NCBI RefSeq assembly: GCF_006345805.1
Contig: NC_043000.1
Coordinates: forward strand, 125,054,001 to 125,118,000
Direction: 5' to 3'
Source: Octopus sinensis
Lineage: Eukaryota
DNA length: 64,000 nucleotides
Shown: positions 25,065 to 36,900 of the stretch, one piece after another
Numbering within the stretch: position 1 is the first letter of the stretch
Layout: each line of letters starts with the position of its first letter
Position numbers and translations under genes: made by a program
The notes under the pieces: generated by a model
What the model was told of the DNA's origin: nothing
What the model saw: the letters and a program-made list of their open reading frames with translations, nothing else
Database searches by the model: none

Positions 25065-28000
25065 TACAATGCTGCTGCTTATGTTTACAATGCTGCTAAC
25101 ACCAGCCCCTGCCTACGGCAGGGCCCAGAACCTTAACATGCCTAAATGCTTGAATGTTGTCAAGTTGGAAGACCGATCAGACGAAAAATGCCTAAAAAAC
25201 GTTCACCACCACCACAACAACCCTCTTCTTTTCAGGCGCTGAATTGCATCCCTCCTCCTCACATCTCCTTCCCAGTTTTCAGAGTTGGCACTGTCAATGT
25301 TGGTACACTGAAAGGTAGGTCTAGTGAGATTGTAGAGATGCTTGAGAGAAGACGGGTTGATGTATGCTGCATACAAGAGAGGTGCGTCAGCTAGGGTCCT
25401 CACAGGCAAGGCACATAGGTATAAAGTCTTCTGGCAAGGTAACATAGATGGGGTAGGGGGTGTAGGCATTCTCCTTGTGGAGAAATGGGTGGATAAGGTC
25501 ATAGAGGTTGTCAGGGTTTGCGATAGAGTGCTTAAGCTCAGGTTAGTCCTACAGAGTGGCACATATCTCCGCCTATGCCCCACATGCGGGGCTACCAAAT
25601 GATCAGATGGACCACTTTTATGATACCCTTCTACAGGCTACCTCAAAGACTAGTGGCAAGGACCTCATCTTTGTTGGTGGAGACTTTAATGGGCATGTTG
25701 GGCGGGAATCGGGAATCTTCACTGGGGTACACGGTGGCCATGGTATTGGCACCAGAAATGATGAGGGAACTAGACTACTGGAATTCTGTGATGCATGTAA
25801 CCTTTTAATCTGCAACACTAACTTCAGGAAGCCTGACTGCCACCTTATAACTTATCAGTCAGGAGACTCCGCTAGCCAAATAGACTTCATCCTCACCAGA
25901 CAGCGGGATGCAGGGTCGCTCTTAAATACAAAGACCCTCCTGGGTGAAGAGTATATCCCTCAGCATAGGCTAATCATTAGTGACTTTAGGCTTGAGGCCA
26001 CAAGGACTCCAAAAAGCAGACCAATCCAGAAAAGAAGGATTTGGAAGCTAAAGAACCCTTCACATGGTCAGAGATTTAGGGACATCCTTATCAAGAAATT
26101 TGATGAGAGGGAGGAGGAGCTACAGACGTCAGACATAGAAGGTAGCTGAAAATTCCTACGGGACAGCTTGCTGAGTGCCACAGATCAAGTCTGTGGATGG
26201 TGCAAAGTCCCTTCCAGACCTAGAGTTACGTGGTGGTGGAATAGTGCAGTAGACAAAGCCATTAGTGCAAAGAAACAGGCCTGGAGAGCCTGGAGGGATG
26301 GGTATAGCAGGGAACCATACCAAGTAGCCAAAAGGAAGGCCGGGTGGCAGGTATAGATAGCCAAAGATATAGCAGAAAGTAAGGAGTTTCCCAATGTCCA
26401 GCGACGTGAGGACCAAAGAACTGAGGTATTTCGGATTGCTAGACAGTGTGTGAGAGAAAATAGTGATGTTACAGGAGAGAAATGTGTCCGCATGGATGAT
26501 GGGGCACTTGCTTTTAATGTTGGTGAAAAGAAAGAGGCTTGGAGAAGCCATTATGAAAGACTGCTGAATGTGGAGAATGAATGGGAGGAGGAGAGCCTGC
26601 CAAATGTTGACCCAGTAGAGGGACCAGCTATCCAAATAGACAGCTCCCTTGTAGTTAAGGAAATTAAGGGTATGAAACCAGGTAAAGCCTCTGGCCCATC
26701 AGGTATCACTGCTGAGATGCTTAAAACAGCTAGTTATGTGGGCTATGGCCTAGTCACCCGCATTGTAAACCAGGTAGTTCATAATGGAGTCATACCCAAT
26801 GACTGGCGTAGCAGCACCATAGTCAACTGCTACAAGGGTAAGGGTGATGCTCTAGATAGAAATAACTACAGGGGTATTAAACTGTTGGATCAGATGAAGG
26901 TCACAGAGAGGGTCATAACCCATCTCATTAGGGAGACAATTTGCTTAGTTGAGATGCAGTTCGGTTTTGTGCCGGGTAGAAGCACCACTGATGCTATATT
27001 CCTGGTCCGACAACTGCAGGAGAAGTACCTAGCTAAAGATAAACCCCTCTACATAGCTTTTGTGGACTTGGAGAAAGCCTTTGACAGGGTTCCCTGATTC
27101 CTTATCTGGTGGTCGATGCGGAAACTGGAGATTGACGAATGGCTAAGAAGGGCTGTGCAGGCTCTATACAGAGAGGCTGTCAGCAAGGTTAGGATTGGCA
27201 ACGAATATAGTGAAGAATTCCGGGTAGAAGTAGGTGTACACCAAGGCTCAGCCCACAGTCCCCTTTTATTCATCATAGTCCTCCAGGCAATAACAGAGGA
27301 ATTCAAACAGGTTGCCCCTGGGAGCTCCTCTATGCTGATGACCTGGCTCTCATAGCAGAATCACTACCGGAACTAGAAAAAAAATTTCGGGTGTGGAAAC
27401 AAGGGTTGGAATCAAAGGGCGTTAGACTAAATGTAGCGAAGACCAAAGTTATAGTAAGCAGAAAGGCGAACTCAGCACACTGCTCGATCTGTAGGAAAGG
27501 TGTAGGTAGAAACTCCATAAGATGCACCCAGTGTAAGCTATGGACGCATAAGAGGTGCAGCAACATCAAAGGGAAATTAACTGATAAGATAGCTTTCATG
27601 TGCGGCAGATGCACAGGGACAATAGACACCACAAATACTCAGAAAACAGATTCCATCACACTCCAGGTGGAGAAACTAGAAGTAGTTGATAGTTTCCGCT
27701 ACCTGGGTGACCAAGTTAGTAGTGGAAGTGGATGCTCAGAGAGTGTCACCACTAGAATACGAATAGCCTGGGCAAAGTTTAGAAAGCTCCTACCCCTACT
27801 GGCGACAAAGGGTCTCTCACTGACAGTGAAAGGTAGATTGTATGATGCATGTGTGTGAACTGCCAAGCTTCATGGCAGTGAAACATGGGCCGTGACTGCA
27901 GAGGACATGCGTAGACTTGAAAGAAATGAAGCTAGCATGATCTGCTGGATGTGTAATGTCAGTGTGAATGCACGACAGAGTGTAAGCACCCTGAGAGAAA

Positions 28001-28791
28001 TGCTAGACATAAGAAGCATCAGATGCGGTGTGCAAGAGCGACGCTTGCGATGGTATGGTCTGCGGATGGATGAGGAGAGATGTGTGAAGAAGTGCCGCTC
28101 CCAAACAGTTGAAGGAATCAGGGGGAGAGGTAGACCCAGGAAGACATGGGATGAGGTAGTCAAACATGACCTCAAAGTGTTGGGCCTCACTGAGGCAATG
28201 GCAAAGGACCGAGATCTCTGGAGATGTGCTGTGACTACAAAGACCCGGGATGCTTCCGGCTCCAGTTCCGCATAGCCCCTGCCCATTCAAAGTACCTTGG
28301 ATCCCGGAACGTCTCGCTGTGCTTGAGGAGACCTGTTGAGTCAAGTGCATGTACACGAACATCGAAACAAATATCAATGGAAATAGTAGTTGTGATACCT
28401 GTGTCGGTGGCACATAAAAAGCACCATCCGAACGTGGCCGTTGCCAGCGCCGCCTTGACTGGCTTCTGTGCTGGTGGCACATAAAAAGCACCATCCGAAC
28501 GTGGCCGATGCCAGCGCCACCTTGGCTGGCTTCTGTGCCGGTGGCACGTTAAAAGCACCAACCAATCGTGGCCGATGCCAGACCCCCCTGGCACCTGTGC
28601 AGGTGGCATGTGAAAAGCACCCACTACACTCGCGGAGTGGTTGGCGTTAGGAAGGGCATCCAGCGGTAGAAACCTTGCCAGATCAGACTGGAGCCTGGTG
28701 CAGCCCTGACTTCCCAGACCCCGGTCGAACCGTCCAACCCGTGCTAGCACGGAAAACGGACGTTAAACGATGATGATGGTGATGATGATGA
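25060..28791 (+). mobile_element. Near full-length RTE-clade LINE (APE + RT with inserted PHD finger), inactivated
   Basis: APE motifs VGTVNVGTL, CIQE, SAYAP, GDFNGHVG, IDFIL, QHRL; RT motifs NYRGIKLL, QFGFVPG, VDLEKAFD, GVHQGS, YADD, FRYLG; several stops and frameshifts; 4-unit UTR array and (GAT)n tail. Confidence 0.95.
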
Positions 28792-28978
28792 TATGTATAT
28801 ATACTTTTCATCTATAATAGTGTATAAATAATTTATGTATTTATACATGAAAGAGGTGACCTTTGACAGGACACCTTACATACTATACTAAATATGTAAA
28901 TTGTTTTATATGAAAATATGTCATCTATTGACTTTATTACAAATGCTAGCCACCGGTATGAAAATGTTTCTAATTTTC

Positions 28979-29029
<51 letters not shown>

Positions 29030-29135
29030 GGTTATCAGTAATAATGTAGGGTGAAATTAATTAATTTAGAAAAATCATTAATTTCACCATGTAGATTTTG
29101 GCATGTAAAAGCCCCATTTGAGGAAAGTTTAAGTA

Positions 29136-29577
29136 ATACTAAGTAATTAAGGGTTTAGCAACGATTTGCCTCACCACACACCGAATTTAGAAATAGCAGT
29201 CAAAGAGTTATAGCTATTCCTTTCTACTAAAAGAAAGATCTCAGTAAAACCACAGCACTTGAAAGGCAAACACAGACAGGCAAGAGAGAAAGAAAATGAC
29301 GACAATCGATCATACAATAAAAAGTCACCTACGGACGTACGTTTCGAAATCAAGTTTTAGGAAAGCATGAGAATTAGATAATCCTGTCTTACCCAACTTC
29401 TTTTCTCATCAGCGTAGGATACTACAATTATGAATAATTGTATATTAAATTTCGCGGTACTAGAAGACATCATCTCAACTGATAGTATCAGAGCGAGCCG
29501 AAGCCGCTATTGACTGCTATTTCTAAATTCGGTGTGTGGTGAGGCAAATCGTTGCTAAACCCTTAATTACTTAGTAT
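29136..29577. mobile_element. 442-bp element bounded by perfect 68-bp inverted repeats and carrying a hammerhead ribozyme
   Basis: 29136-29203 is the exact reverse complement of 29510-29577. Confidence 0.9.
29328..29418 (-). ncRNA. Type I hammerhead ribozyme
   Basis: Minus strand reads CCUACG-CUGAUGA-GAAAagAAGUU..AACUUgaUUUC-GAAA-CGUACG-UC-CGUAGG: 6-bp stem I, full catalytic core, extended stem II, minimal palindromic stem III and a GUC cleavage triplet. Confidence 0.88.
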
Positions 29578-29756
29578 ATATATATATCTGTCATCAGTGG
29601 AACACAAATCCAAAAAGGAGGACACTAAGTTATAGAGCAGTATATGATATAAATAAAGTTAGAGAAGGCTGGTTTATGGGATTACCTTGAGTTTCATGTC
29701 CATAAAGTGCTTAGCACTTGGCATATCATCACATTCCAAAACTTGTTGGCCTAAAG

Positions 29757-30381
29757 CCTCTCTAGAATATGGAAGAGGAAATGACCTTACTACACAATGT
29801 CAACAGCAGGGAACTGTCTCCCTTTGGCTATCAGTCGCCAGTAACCCTGTTATCTTGTGGGTTCCAATAGGCCAGCAGGAATTTTATGAAATGTAAGCAT
29901 GGTCTGAAGACCTCTGTTCAGCAGTTAAGGATATTCCCCAGGTCGTGGGAGTCCTTTAGAATCCTCACCCATTCTGCTATGCATAGTTTACAGTGCTTGG
30001 TCCCATGTATGAGGGGATACCAGAAAGGAGATACATTATGTCTTTAACCAGCCATGTATGGCAGCTGAAAGACGACAGGATTCCATACACAATATTATGG
30101 AGAATCTTAGAAAATCCAGGCCCCTTCATAAACGGGACCAAGCACTGTAAACTATGCATAGTGGAATGGGTGAGGATTCTAAAGGACTCCCACAACCTGG
30201 GAAACATTCTTAACTACTGAACAAAGGTCTTCGGACCATGCTTACATTTCAGAAAAATCCTGCTGGCCTATTGGAACCCACAAGATAACAGGGTCACTGG
30301 TGATTGATAGCCAAAGGGAGACAATCCCCTGCTGTTGACATTGAATAGCAAGGTCCTTTCTTTCTCCATATTCTAGAGAGG
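29757..30381 (+). mobile_element. Penelope-like 3' end with inverted duplication (260-bp arms)
   Basis: Arms 29757-30016 and 30121-30381 are imperfect reverse complements; plus strand encodes SLTSHVWQLKD..YTILWRIL..HCKLCIVE..ILN..PCLH, a PLE C-terminal motif. Confidence 0.8.
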
Positions 30382-31009
30382 TCACTCACTAGCGAGTGAC
30401 CTCTCGAAAAAAAGAATCAGTATTGGTTTGATTCCTTCAGCTAGAAGTTCTTCAAGACAGTACCCCAGGATGGCTGCAGTCTAATGACTGAGACAAGTAA
30501 AACATAAAAGAAGTATTCTACTAAAAAATATTGAGAATTCCTTCTGTTTAATGTCAAATTACTTTTATATATAACTTGACATTGGTGCTCAATGCAGCCC
30601 TGCAGTTTGTCAGTTCCTTGTGAAACTGTCCAACCCTTACCAGCAGGGAAAGCAGATGCTAAATTATGGTGATGATGATAATGATGAGGATAAAAACAAG
30701 CATTAATATATGTATTTATGTAGCAACGTATATATATATATATATATATCTGTCTGACTGTCTGTCTGTCCGTCTGTATGTATGTATGTATGTATGTCTT
30801 GTTATCACTGTGCAAATTAAGAATTTTAGGTCATGTCCTGTTCATCATATCTGTACCCAGTGTCAATAAACTGAACTGAATTAGGGATTATAGTGAAAAG
30901 AAGAGGGCAACATGTTACTGTTAGTGTAATAGACGCAAATGAAAACTTGACAGAAATCTAATAATATGAAAGGATTCATCACTAGCTTCCAAGGAAATAA
31001 GAACACAAA

Positions 31010-31075
31010 ATATATACATACATATAAATATGTACATACCTACCTACATACATACATACGTACATACATATATAC

Positions 31076-31155
<80 letters not shown>

Positions 31156-31362
31156 TATACATATATACATATATATATATATATATGTATGTATGTATGT
31201 ATATGTATACATATATACACACAGATATACACACATATATAAACATACATACATGCATATATATTATGTAGATAGGGTTAAATCCAAGCTGTGCCATCTT
31301 GAAGCACATTTTCCAATCTCCTGCTTTGATAGAAACATACATACATAATACATATATACATA

Positions 31363-31399
<37 letters not shown>

Positions 31400-31575
31400 A
31401 TATATATAATATATATATATATATGCATATATATATATGCATATATATATATATATATATATATATGCATATATATATATATATATATATGCATATATAT
31501 ATATATATATATATATATGCATATATATATATATATATGCATATATATATATATATTATATATATATATATATAT

Positions 31576-31647
<72 letters not shown>

Positions 31648-31685
31648 TCAGATAGATAGATAGATAGATAGATATAGATATATAT
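31010..31685. repeat. (TA)n, (TA)nTGCA and (GATA)n microsatellites
   Basis: Seen directly. Confidence 0.95.
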
Positions 31686-32267
31686 GTTGTGTCCTCATAA
31701 AGTAACTTTAATTTATTAACCTTGATATGAAATAAAACTTTATGTGACACACTAAAGTTTCCCTTGCAGTGTTTAATAACATAGCTTCATAGTTCCATAT
31801 CTCACTGATTCATAAATTCATAAACTGCAGAAAATGTCAGAACTGAAGAGAAGCTGTGCCTGAAGGCAAGAAAGGAATTAAAACTTACACACATACACAC
31901 ATGCACCCCACACACTCGTGCACACGCATATGCACACATGCACGCACATAGGATGAACTGGCTGGTTTTTCAGTGACACTGTTCTCTGCTGATTGGTTAA
32001 ATTATATATTTTCGAGTAAATTATTCAGGAAATATAAATTATTTATGAGTGACAATATATATAATATTACAATAATGTAGAAATATGGGAACATTAAAAC
32101 ACTTCAATGATGATTAGAAGAACAAATGGGAAAGGTGGTACTAAATTTTGTAATACTAAATTTTAACTGTTATTCTAAGTACATATATGTATGTACAAGG
32201 GTTAAAAAAGTCCACACACACACACACACAAACACTCGCACACACACAAATACTCGCACACACACAT

Positions 32268-32965
32268 ATGAGGTCTGATCAAAGAATATTGGAATTGGGG
32301 CTATAAAAACGAAATTACAATGCATCATTTTGGCATTTAACCCTTTTGTTACTGTATTTATTTTGAGATGCTCTGTGTTTCTTTCAATTACTTTAAATAT
32401 AACAAAGAATTTAGTAAAATAACTTAGTTATCATTAAGCTAGTGTGACTAAGGTTTGGTGGAAAATTTTAATTCAAAATCTATGAAAACAAGACATTTGT
32501 ACTACAGAGCCAGAGCCAGTTTCAGCCAGGTTGGTATCAAAAAGGTTAAATTAATCATTTGTTAACTCTTTTGTTACTATATTTCTGTTGAGATGCTCTG
32601 TGTTTCTTTCAAATAATTTCAAATATAACAAAGAATTTAGTATAATAATAACTTAAGTTATCATTAAGTTAGAAAAATAAATTGTGACTAAAGTTTGGTA
32701 GAAGATTTTAATTCAAAACTTATGAAAACAAGACATTTATACTACAGAGCCAGAGCTAGTTTTAGCCGGGTTGGTAATGAAAGGGTTAACCGTCTTTGAG
32801 TAAGTCCTTTTCATCCAACATCGTTTCCACTGATGCAAGCATTCCTGGAACTCCTTTTATGGGATAGCGAGCTGCTGTCTCATTGCATTCTCTTGAGTTT
32901 CTTCAACATCTTGAAGAGTGGAATAGAAATGCCGTTGAAAAGGGAAATTATTTAAAAGATAATGT
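32268..32965 (+). mobile_element. Deleted mariner relic interrupted by a MITE A dimer
   Basis: TA(T)GAGGTCTGATCAAA mariner-type terminus and EWNRNAVEKGNYLK, resembling a mariner C-terminus. Confidence 0.45.
32337..32789 (+). mobile_element. Tandem dimer of MITE family A
   Basis: Same structure as 12187-12655; spacer attaatcatttg. Confidence 0.9.
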
Positions 32966-33150
32966 AGTTCTATATTTAAGAGATGAAGAATTATGTACAT
33001 TATTTACATTATTTACATTCGAAGAATATTTGTCCTCATCTTGCTTGTTGTTAACACGTTTTGGCTGATATACCCTCCAGCCTTCTTCAGGTGTCTTGGG
33101 GAAATTTCGAACCTGGGTTCTCATTCCTAAGGTATTTTTTGATGTTATTA

Positions 33151-33182
<32 letters not shown>

Positions 33183-33567
33183 TCACTGCTTGGAATCGAA
33201 CTCAAAATCTTGAGGTTAGTAGTCTGCGCTCTTAACCACTAAGCCAAGACATTTGGAGATATGCTGTGTATGAGAAGACCCAGCAAGCCAAGTGAGACCG
33301 TAGCCATGGCCTATGCCAGTGTCACATAACCAGCCCACAGGCATATGGCGTAGTGGTTAAGAGTGGGGGGGGCTACTAACCCCAAGATTATGAGTTCAAT
33401 TCCAAGCAGTGACCTGGACAATAACAATAATATTAATAATAACATCGAAAAATACCTTAGGAATGAGAACTAAGGTTCGAAATTTTCCCAAGACACTTGA
33501 AGAAGGCTGGAGGGTATAACAGCTGAAGGACAAATATCTGTCAAATGTAAATAATGTAAATAATATA
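32966..33567. mobile_element. Head-to-head inverted pair of a tRNA-headed SINE with a hammerhead-like core
   Basis: Minus copy 32966-33246 and plus copy ~33340-33567; A/B boxes, (AAT)n, CTGAAGA-AGGCTG..CAGCC core, (TGTAAATAA)n; flanking direct repeat ttaaaagataatgt. Confidence 0.8.
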
Positions 33568-33595
33568 TTAAAAGATAATGTTGGAACATTATAAA

Positions 33596-34587
33596 GGTGG
33601 TGAAGCACGACTTTCAAATGTTGGGCCTCATGGAGGCAGTAACAAGTGACAAAGAGATATGCTGTGTATGAGAAGACCCAGCAAGCCAACTGAGACTGTA
33701 GCCATGGCCTATGCTAGTTTCGCATAACCAGCCCATTTAAGAGTACCCTTCAATCATTGGGCAATATATTGTGCTTCAGAAGATCTGTTGAATCAAGTGA
33801 AATCATTGTCATGGCTGATGCCACTACCGCCTGACTGGCTTCCATGCCGGTGGCACATAACAAGCACCATTCGAGTGTGGTTGATGCCAGTACCACCTGA
33901 CTGGCTTCCGTGCCAGTGGCAGGTAAAAAGCACTATTGAAGCGTGGTCATTGCCAGTGCTGCCTGGCTGGCTCCCATGTTGGTGGAACACAAAAAGCACC
34001 ATTCAAGCACAGTCGATGCCTGTGCTGTCTGACTGGCTCCTGTGCCAGTGGCATGTAAAAAGCACCATTTTAACATGCTTGTTGCCAGTGTCATCCAACT
34101 GGCTCCTGTGCTGGTGGCATGTAAAAAGCACTATTTGAGCATGGTCGATGCCAGTGCCGCCTGACTGGCTCCTGTGCTGGTGGCATGTAAAAAGCACCAT
34201 TTGAGCATGGTCGATGCCAGTGCCACCTGACTGGCTCCCGTGCCGGTGGCATGTAAAAAGCACCATTCGAGCATGGTCATTACCAGTGCTGCCTGGCTGG
34301 TTCCCACCCATGTCAGTGGCACATAAAAAGCACCATTCAAGCATGGTTGATGCCAGTTCCACCTGACTGGCTCTCATGCTGGCGGCACGTAAAAAGCACC
34401 CACTACACTCTCAGAGTAGTTGTCATTAGGAAGGGCATCCAGCTGTAGAAACCTTGCCTAATCAGATTGGAGCCTGGTGCAGCCTCCTGGCTTCACTGTC
34501 CTCAGTCAAACCGTCCAACCCATGCCAGTATGGAAAACGGACATTAAACGACAACGACAACGACAATGATGATGATGATGATGATGA
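33596..34587 (+). mobile_element. RTE 3' end with ~9-unit UTR array
   Basis: VVKHDFQMLGL C-terminus, ~66-bp tandem units, (GAC)/(GAT)n tail. Confidence 0.9.
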
Positions 34588-36004
34588 TTATAAGTCCACT
34601 GTATTTGAATAAGTGTGTATTTCTTCCAATTAGATAAACAAAAAAATAAGATAAATTTAATTTTTCTTCTTTCTTTTTTTTTCTTATTCATCTTCTGCTC
34701 CACCCTGTATGTATAGAAAAAAAAAAGTTTCAAATATTGTATGAAGAAAATTATATGAAATTTTTTAAAAAACCACAGTTTCTATAGAAAAAAGATTCCT
34801 TTGAACATAATTATATGTTCAATTAAAAATATACACACACTTTATTTTATGCAACAAATAAAAATTACGAAACAATAAAAAGAAGAATATGGAAAGACTA
34901 GCAGTTCTGTTTGACTTTTTATTTTCATAACAATGACATCAAAGCTTGACTGACTGGTTTGCTTTCTTCTTACCAAACTTCTCTGCTTCTTCTTCTCTAG
35001 AACAATTCAGTAGTACCATTATTATAGATCTTTTAACTTTCATACTTCATTCAAAATTTTGGATCATCATTATCATCATCATTGTCATCGTTGTTGTCGT
35101 CACCATCATCAACATCATCATCAATCCTTTTAGTGTCTATTTTTCCATGGTTTCACAGGCTAGATGGAGTTTATTGAAGCAGATTTTCTACTGCTGGATG
35201 CTCTTCCAGCAGCCAACCCTCACCTGCAATATTTCCTCATGGTTAGACATGGTTTTGCAGCAGAATGGAAATGAACAACAATCATTTACGTCAATCACTT
35301 GATGTCAAGATGAGAAGCAAATATACACACACTCACATACACACACACACACACATGCATACACATATGATGGGTTTCTTTCAGTTTCCATCTAACAAGT
35401 TCACTCACAAAGTTTTGGCCATCCTGAGGCCAAAGAGAAAAACATTTGCCCAGGCCAAAGAAGAAAACATACTGTGGGACTGAACCTAAAACCATGTTGC
35501 TGGGAAGCATATTTCTTAACCACACAGCCATGCCTGCATTTAACATTTTCAGAAAATTACTTTAAAGCATATGCTGATTTCACTGAAGTGTTAATGTCTC
35601 TGTTGTTAAAAGTAGTTTTAGAGGAATTTTTTCTTTGTTATCTGACCCAGACACTTGCAGATCTTTAAGGTCTTCATTTAGGAGTGTATTATTATCAGCA
35701 CAGCAGAATTTATACTGTGCCATATAAAAAGTACTGTTGATGGTTGTCAGGTAAAAACCACTGGTGCTGGTGCCATGCAAAAAGTACTGGTGATGGTGTC
35801 ACATAAAAAGCAATGGTGTGGGTGCCACATAAAAGGCACTATTGCTGGTACCATGTGAAAAGTACTCTGTAAAGTGGTTATGTCAGGAAGGTCATACAGT
35901 CATAGAAACTATACAAGAATAGACAATGGAGCCTGGTGCTTACTTTACACACACACATGCACATACTTACCTTACACACACACACACATAAGCACAGCGC
36001 CACA

Positions 36005-36175
36005 GATTATAGTATCAAATAGAGAGTACTAGAGAAGTGCAAGCCTTCTTTCAATAGCAGTAGGAGGTGCAGGCTCTGCTTGGCAGAGCTAAGAATTATA
36101 CTAAAGAACACTCTTCACCCAGGTACTTACCTAAACAGTAAAAGCAAGACTGATCTGGCCTATATGAAAGAAAAT
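36005..36175 (+). pseudogene. Penelope-like C-terminal fragment
   Basis: YSIK*RVLEKCKPSFNSSRRCRLCLAE..YLNSKS, the same motif class as 30050-30260. Confidence 0.6.
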
Positions 36176-36469
36176 ATGTACAGAAACGATGGTAAAGTGC
36201 CCCATGAGCATAAATATTAGAGTTTCCACTATCAGTATTTCCTATTATCACAGTTTGGTTTGCGAGTTCAACACATTTTGTCATATCCAATTTATTACAT
36301 AAAAAATACATAACATATAGTTAATCTAATATATCTTTTGAGAATAGAGTGTAATGGATTCCAGATAAGTGTTCATGATATGAGAAATATCTAAAACCTT
36401 TAAAGGTATTTAGAGATTCAATTAGAGCGATTTTGTATTAGAGAGTAAAAGTAGGAAAAATTACAGTAA

Positions 36470-36900
36470 AATCATCATCATCATCATTTTTTAACTTCTG
36501 TTTTCCATGCTGGCATGTATTGGACGGTTTGACTGGGGACTGGCAAGCCAGGAGGCTGCACCAGTCTCCAATCTAACCTAATGTTTCTACAGCTGGATGC
36601 CCTTCCTTATGCCAACCACTCCAAGAGTGTAGTGGGTGCTTTTTACATGCCACTGGCATGGGAGCCAATCAGGCGACACTGGCATCAGCCACGTTCAGAT
36701 GGTGCTATTTATGTGCTACCAGCACAGGAGCCAGTTGGAGCGGATGGTGCTTTTCATGTGACTCCAGTATGGGGAGCCAGTCAGGTGGTACTGGCAATGA
36801 CCCACACATGAATGGTGCTTATTGCATGCCACCAGCACAGGAGCCAGTCAGGCAGCACTGGCATCGGCCACAACTACAATTTCCATTTTTGATTTCGATT
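36470..36900 (-). mobile_element. RTE 3' UTR/tail fragment
   Basis: Reverse complement of the ggaagggcatccagctgtag tail and UTR units. Confidence 0.8.

Noticed and set aside
25060-28791. Active autonomous LINE
   Set aside because: Multiple in-frame stops and frameshifts; the 39327 copy is 5'-truncated and also disrupted.
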